Assembly: GCF_009914755.1 (NCBI RefSeq)
Contig: NC_060930.1
DNA from: the human T2T-CHM13v2.0 reference genome, Homo sapiens
Direction: 5' to 3' (one strand)
Length of the DNA: 64,000 nt
This document shows positions 59,639-64,000 of this stretch, piece after piece. Both the position numbers and the translations under genes were made by a program. The notes under the pieces were generated by a model, which saw only the letters and a list, made by a program, of their open reading frames with translations, was not told where the DNA came from and ran no database searches. Position 1 is the first letter of the stretch, and each line of letters begins with the position of its first letter.

Positions 59639-60234
59639 GTGTGTACTCATTTAGAATGATACAAAAGTTTTCCCTGTCTTTACACACAAATTTTTGTCCA
59701 TCAAGAAAGCAACATTTAATCTAGAGTTCAATAATCACCACAGTCAATGTCTTTGATCTATGAAATCAGCAGCTATGGAACAAAAGCAGCAGCTCTGTTC
59801 TGAATCATATGGTAGTTGTCAATAACAAGGACAGTAGTTATTTTTAGAACTTTTAAAAATTCGCAAGGCTTAATACTTTTCTTCTAGTATGTCAAAGTTG
59901 TCTGTGATCACTCTCATCTTTAAATTTCTGATAAAAGAAATGAGAAATGATGCTTTTATGTTGCATATAAAGTGAATGTCTCTCACTATGGGTGACACAG
60001 TGAGACCAAATAAATAAATAAAATGTAGCTCACTTCATGTATACCTTTTAGGCTCACATGTATTATTTAAAGCATCGGTATTGTTGGGTTGTATGATGAT
60101 CAGCTTCATTTGAGGGGAAAAACGTAAAAGCTTTAATAATTTGCATGTGTTCATCTCTGTTTCCATCATTGAGAAAAAAAATAAAAACACATACTTATGA
60201 ATAAAGCCAAACCCTGGGGTTGCTTGCCTTACAG

Positions 60235-60389
60235 AAAATCGTGCATAAGGGGGATGAGTGTATCCTGAAGGACAACAACGAGCGCAGCAAGTGGTACGTG
60301 ACGGGCCCGGGAGGCGTTGACATGCTTGTTCCCTCTGTGGGGCTGATCATCCCTCCTCCGAACCCACTGGCCGTGGACCTCTCTTGCAA
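60235..60389 (+). CDS. DSP: DSP exon 12 (155 nt), SH3 domain
   Basis: ttacag|; KIVHKGDECILKDNNERSKWYVTGPGGVDMLVPSVGLIIPPPN...; CAA|GTAAGT. Confidence 0.97.
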
Positions 60390-60558
60390 GTAAGTCATCC
60401 AAGTTCCCAAAGCCACGCATGCACGCATGAATGTGAGGGCAGAGGAAGAGGGCAGGTGTTTATACCTGAAGCTTAGACACACGATGCCTTGCCATAATAA
60501 ACACCTTCTAAAAAAAGGAACCTTGTGAAGGTCACCTTCACTTTGTCTTGCAATTTTA

Positions 60559-60975
<417 letters not shown>

Positions 60976-61484
60976 TTAGAAAATCAGTTGTTATACATGT
61001 AGCTACAAATATAAAATGCCTTTAATATCAATATTCACTCATTGTAGGAAGAACATTCGTTTAACAGGTTGTCCATGGCAGATTCCTTTAAACCATTTAG
61101 TATCGAAATCTTCAACCACACACAGAATAGGGAGAGTAGTGTAGTAAGCTGCTGTGTGCTCATGACCAAGCTTTGGGTCATTGGCATCTAATGCACCTGC
61201 CATCCTGCCTTAGACCTCTGTCAATTACAAAGTTGCCGAAAAACAAGACAACAACAAAAAGTTGTAGTATATATGTCAGCCAATAATGTAGATAATTCAG
61301 AATGTACTTTTGGGGAGTAAATGAATCCAAATCCATGAACTGTTTTCAAAGTTATACCTCTACCTGTTACTTTATCAGTGACTGTTGTAGGTTTTTGTGC
61401 AGTGGTGTGAGCGTGTCCAGGTTTCCCATTTGGGATGAAGTGTGAAAGCCTGGCTCTAGCATGTTTTCCCTTTGTGCCTCTTAG

Positions 61485-61611
61485 GATTGAGCAGTACTAC
61501 GAAGCCATCTTGGCTCTGTGGAACCAGCTCTACATCAACATGAAGAGCCTGGTGTCCTGGCACTACTGCATGATTGACATAGAGAAGATCAGGGCCATGA
61601 CAATCGCCAAG
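61485..61611 (+). CDS. DSP: DSP exon 13 (127 nt)
   Basis: tcttag|; IEQYYEAILALWNQLYINMKSLVSWHYC...TIAK; AAG|GTATGT. Confidence 0.97.
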
Positions 61612-62430
61612 GTATGTCCTCAGGGCCACTTAGGCTGCCTGGAGGGAGGGCAGCGCTGCCCCCCGCAGTGCCTGTGTCCAACAGTTCAACCTTCTTGCTG
61701 TGTAGCAGTGCTTTTGTGTCTCGTCAAGCAAGTCAGCTCAGCCCTCCTTAGAGGTTCTGGTCTGTCCAATAGAGAACGGGAGGGATTAGCATATGGGTGA
61801 TTATGAGAGAAAGAAGCAATACTAATTCAGGTGGCCTGACAAGCAAGCCAGAAGTGCCTGTGGAAAAGTCATGCACTCCTGTAAGATTCTGGACCCTATG
61901 CTCCTTTGATGTAATGGAAAGTTAGGTCATAAAGGATTAACTGGGTATCACAAAAGTAAAAGGTGGGATAGAATTCTTGGAAGAGCACCCAAAGCATTAC
62001 TTACTCTAAATCAGTTGTTTTCAGATCATGGTCTGAAGAATCCTAGCAGGAGAGGGAGATCCTTTAGGAGTGACAGGGATGGAAGTGAGGAGAGGGGCAC
62101 AGAAAGTACCTTTTGGGGTCCCCCGAGCCCTTTTTCTCTTTTTAGTTGGAGCAGCTTTGCTGGGCTCTGCTTTACATTTAGGGCTTCTGAATAATATTTC
62201 GTTGAAGAAAAATATTCTGTAGGCAAAAAAAAAAAAAAAAAATTAGCAACCCATTCCTGTGGCTCTTGGGAACAATGTCTAAAACCTAAAAGACCTTTTA
62301 TATCTTAATGAGCCTGTGATGAGTGTTGCTTTGAGTCCCATCTAGTGGGTGGCATTTTTTGGCCAACTCTTCTTGATTGCATTGTGGGGCAGTCATAAAT
62401 CCCAAATCACTTCTGCCTGTCTCCTTTCAG

Positions 62431-62632
62431 CTGAAAACAATGCGGCAGGAAGATTACATGAAGACGATAGCCGACCTTGAGTTACATTACCAAGAGTTCA
62501 TCAGAAATAGCCAAGGCTCAGAGATGTTTGGAGATGATGACAAGCGGAAAATACAGTCTCAGTTCACCGATGCCCAGAAGCATTACCAGACCCTGGTCAT
62601 TCAGCTCCCTGGCTATCCCCAGCACCAGACAG
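62431..62632 (+). CDS. DSP: DSP exon 14 (202 nt)
   Basis: tttcag|; LKTMRQEDYMKTIADLELHYQEF...PQHQT(V); CAG|GTCGGC. Confidence 0.96.
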
Positions 62633-62889
62633 GTCGGCTTGGGACATCTTTCTCTTTGTATCAACCATCCATACCATTTTAAAAAGAAAGGAGTTTGCAT
62701 AAAACTGGTTTCAGAACCATTTCTCTGAATGCTATATAGCCAGTGTTCTTCGTGCACTAAATTTTCAGAATTGATTCTGAAATTCAAAGGAAGAAGGTAT
62801 ACTTTTAGGTAGTATGGATGTTTTTTGAGGCCTAGCACCTTGATACCTAGGTATTCTCTGATTTTTGTGGCCCTAACTTCTTTTTACAG

Positions 62890-63116
62890 TGACCACAACT
62901 GAAATCACTCATCATGGAACCTGCCAAGATGTCAACCATAATAAAGTAATTGAAACCAACAGAGAAAATGACAAGCAAGAAACATGGATGCTGATGGAGC
63001 TGCAGAAGATTCGCAGGCAGATAGAGCACTGCGAGGGCAGGATGACTCTCAAAAACCTCCCTCTAGCAGACCAGGGGTCTTCTCACCACATCACAGTGAA
63101 AATTAACGAGCTTAAG
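62890..63116 (+). CDS. DSP: DSP exon 15 (227 nt)
   Basis: ttacag|; TTTEITHHGTCQDVNHNK...VKINELK; AAG|GTAGGT. Confidence 0.97.
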
Positions 63117-63778
63117 GTAGGTATCTGCTAGTATTTTGCCTGGTTACCCTGTATATTTTTATTTACCTGTAAATGAATAAAAAAAATCCTGGTTTAAATG
63201 TTTGTAGGCAAAAATATTAACTTTCAAGAAAACAGGCTTCTGGCAGGATTTCCTTATGTATTATGTTTCCAAATTTGTAGACGGTTATCAGGCTGGGGGT
63301 TAAACTGTTCGTTTGTGTGTTGTTGAATCAGGCTACCGTCCATCTCAAAAGTTTTCACAACCATTAATTTGGCTTCTTGCAGAGAACAACCTATGATATG
63401 GGTTAGACAGGGGGAATGATCTTTATTTGTAGACATGACACTGACATGAAGAGATTTGGTTGGTGAGATACGATCTCAAAGCCATAGACAGAGTGTGACT
63501 ATGGCCCAGGTGTGTCAGCTCCTAACTCAGTGATGTTTTCTGCTCAACCAAGCCTGGGCACACTGCACTGGAAGGCCTAAATAGAGATATTCTAAGAGGA
63601 TCACATTTACAGTGCTAATGAGGCCATACTCAAGAAAGAAATAGAAGGTCAACTCCTCTCTCTTCCTTGAATCCTTTACTTTTAGTGGACTTTTTAAGGG
63701 CAAAAATGATCATAAGATTCACACAGCTACAATGCAGAGTACTAACCTCTGTGTGATCAGTATGCCAAAATTGGAATG

Positions 63779-64000
63779 TAGTTGTGTTGCTTAATGACCG
63801 GGGCACATTCTAAGAAATGCATGGTTAGGCGATTTTGTCATGCAAGCGCCATAGAGCATACTTACACAAACCTAGATGGTATAGCCTACTATACACCTAG
63901 GCTACAAACCTGTAGGGCATGTGACTGTCCTAAATACTGTAGGCAATTGTGACACAATGGTAAGTGTGTATCTAAATATATCTAAACGTCGAAAAGATAC
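63779..64000 (+). mobile_element. Tigger3/Golem-type DNA transposon (truncated by window)
   Basis: GTTAGGCGATTT...ACTTACACAAACCTAGATGGTATAGCCTACTA consensus. Confidence 0.8.

Overview
Human (primate) genomic DNA, recognisable as the 5' part of the desmoplakin gene DSP (chr6p24 from recall). Coding exons 1-15 lie on the + strand (ATG at 32956). All have GT-AG boundaries and splice into one open frame of 2130 nt / 710 codons covering the head and the plakin spectrin-repeat/SH3 region; the gene continues past the window end. A CpG-island promoter (~32.3-34.3 kb) is preceded by a probable divergent antisense lncRNA (DSP-AS1). The ~32 kb upstream region holds a nearly full-length processed IDH1 pseudogene on the - strand with a clean target-site duplication and a nested Alu. 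It also holds an ERVL-type solo LTR and DNA-transposon fossils (MER20, MER5, MER2); MER58 and Tigger3 lie in DSP introns, and old L1/L2/MIR fragments plus ~38 Alu/FLAM elements are spread across the window. I see no evidence of a new multi-gene system. The most notable sequence-level observations are: the IDH1 retrocopy carries the oncogenic-type R100Q codon; a 4-codon uORF sits in the DSP leader; seven consecutive DSP exons are phase 0-0; an in-frame cryptic acceptor could add a hydrophobic 28-aa insert; and an AluS left monomer has its own TSD. Almost all other ORFs in the track are Alu- or GC-content artefacts. Repeat subfamily names are by eye and approximate.
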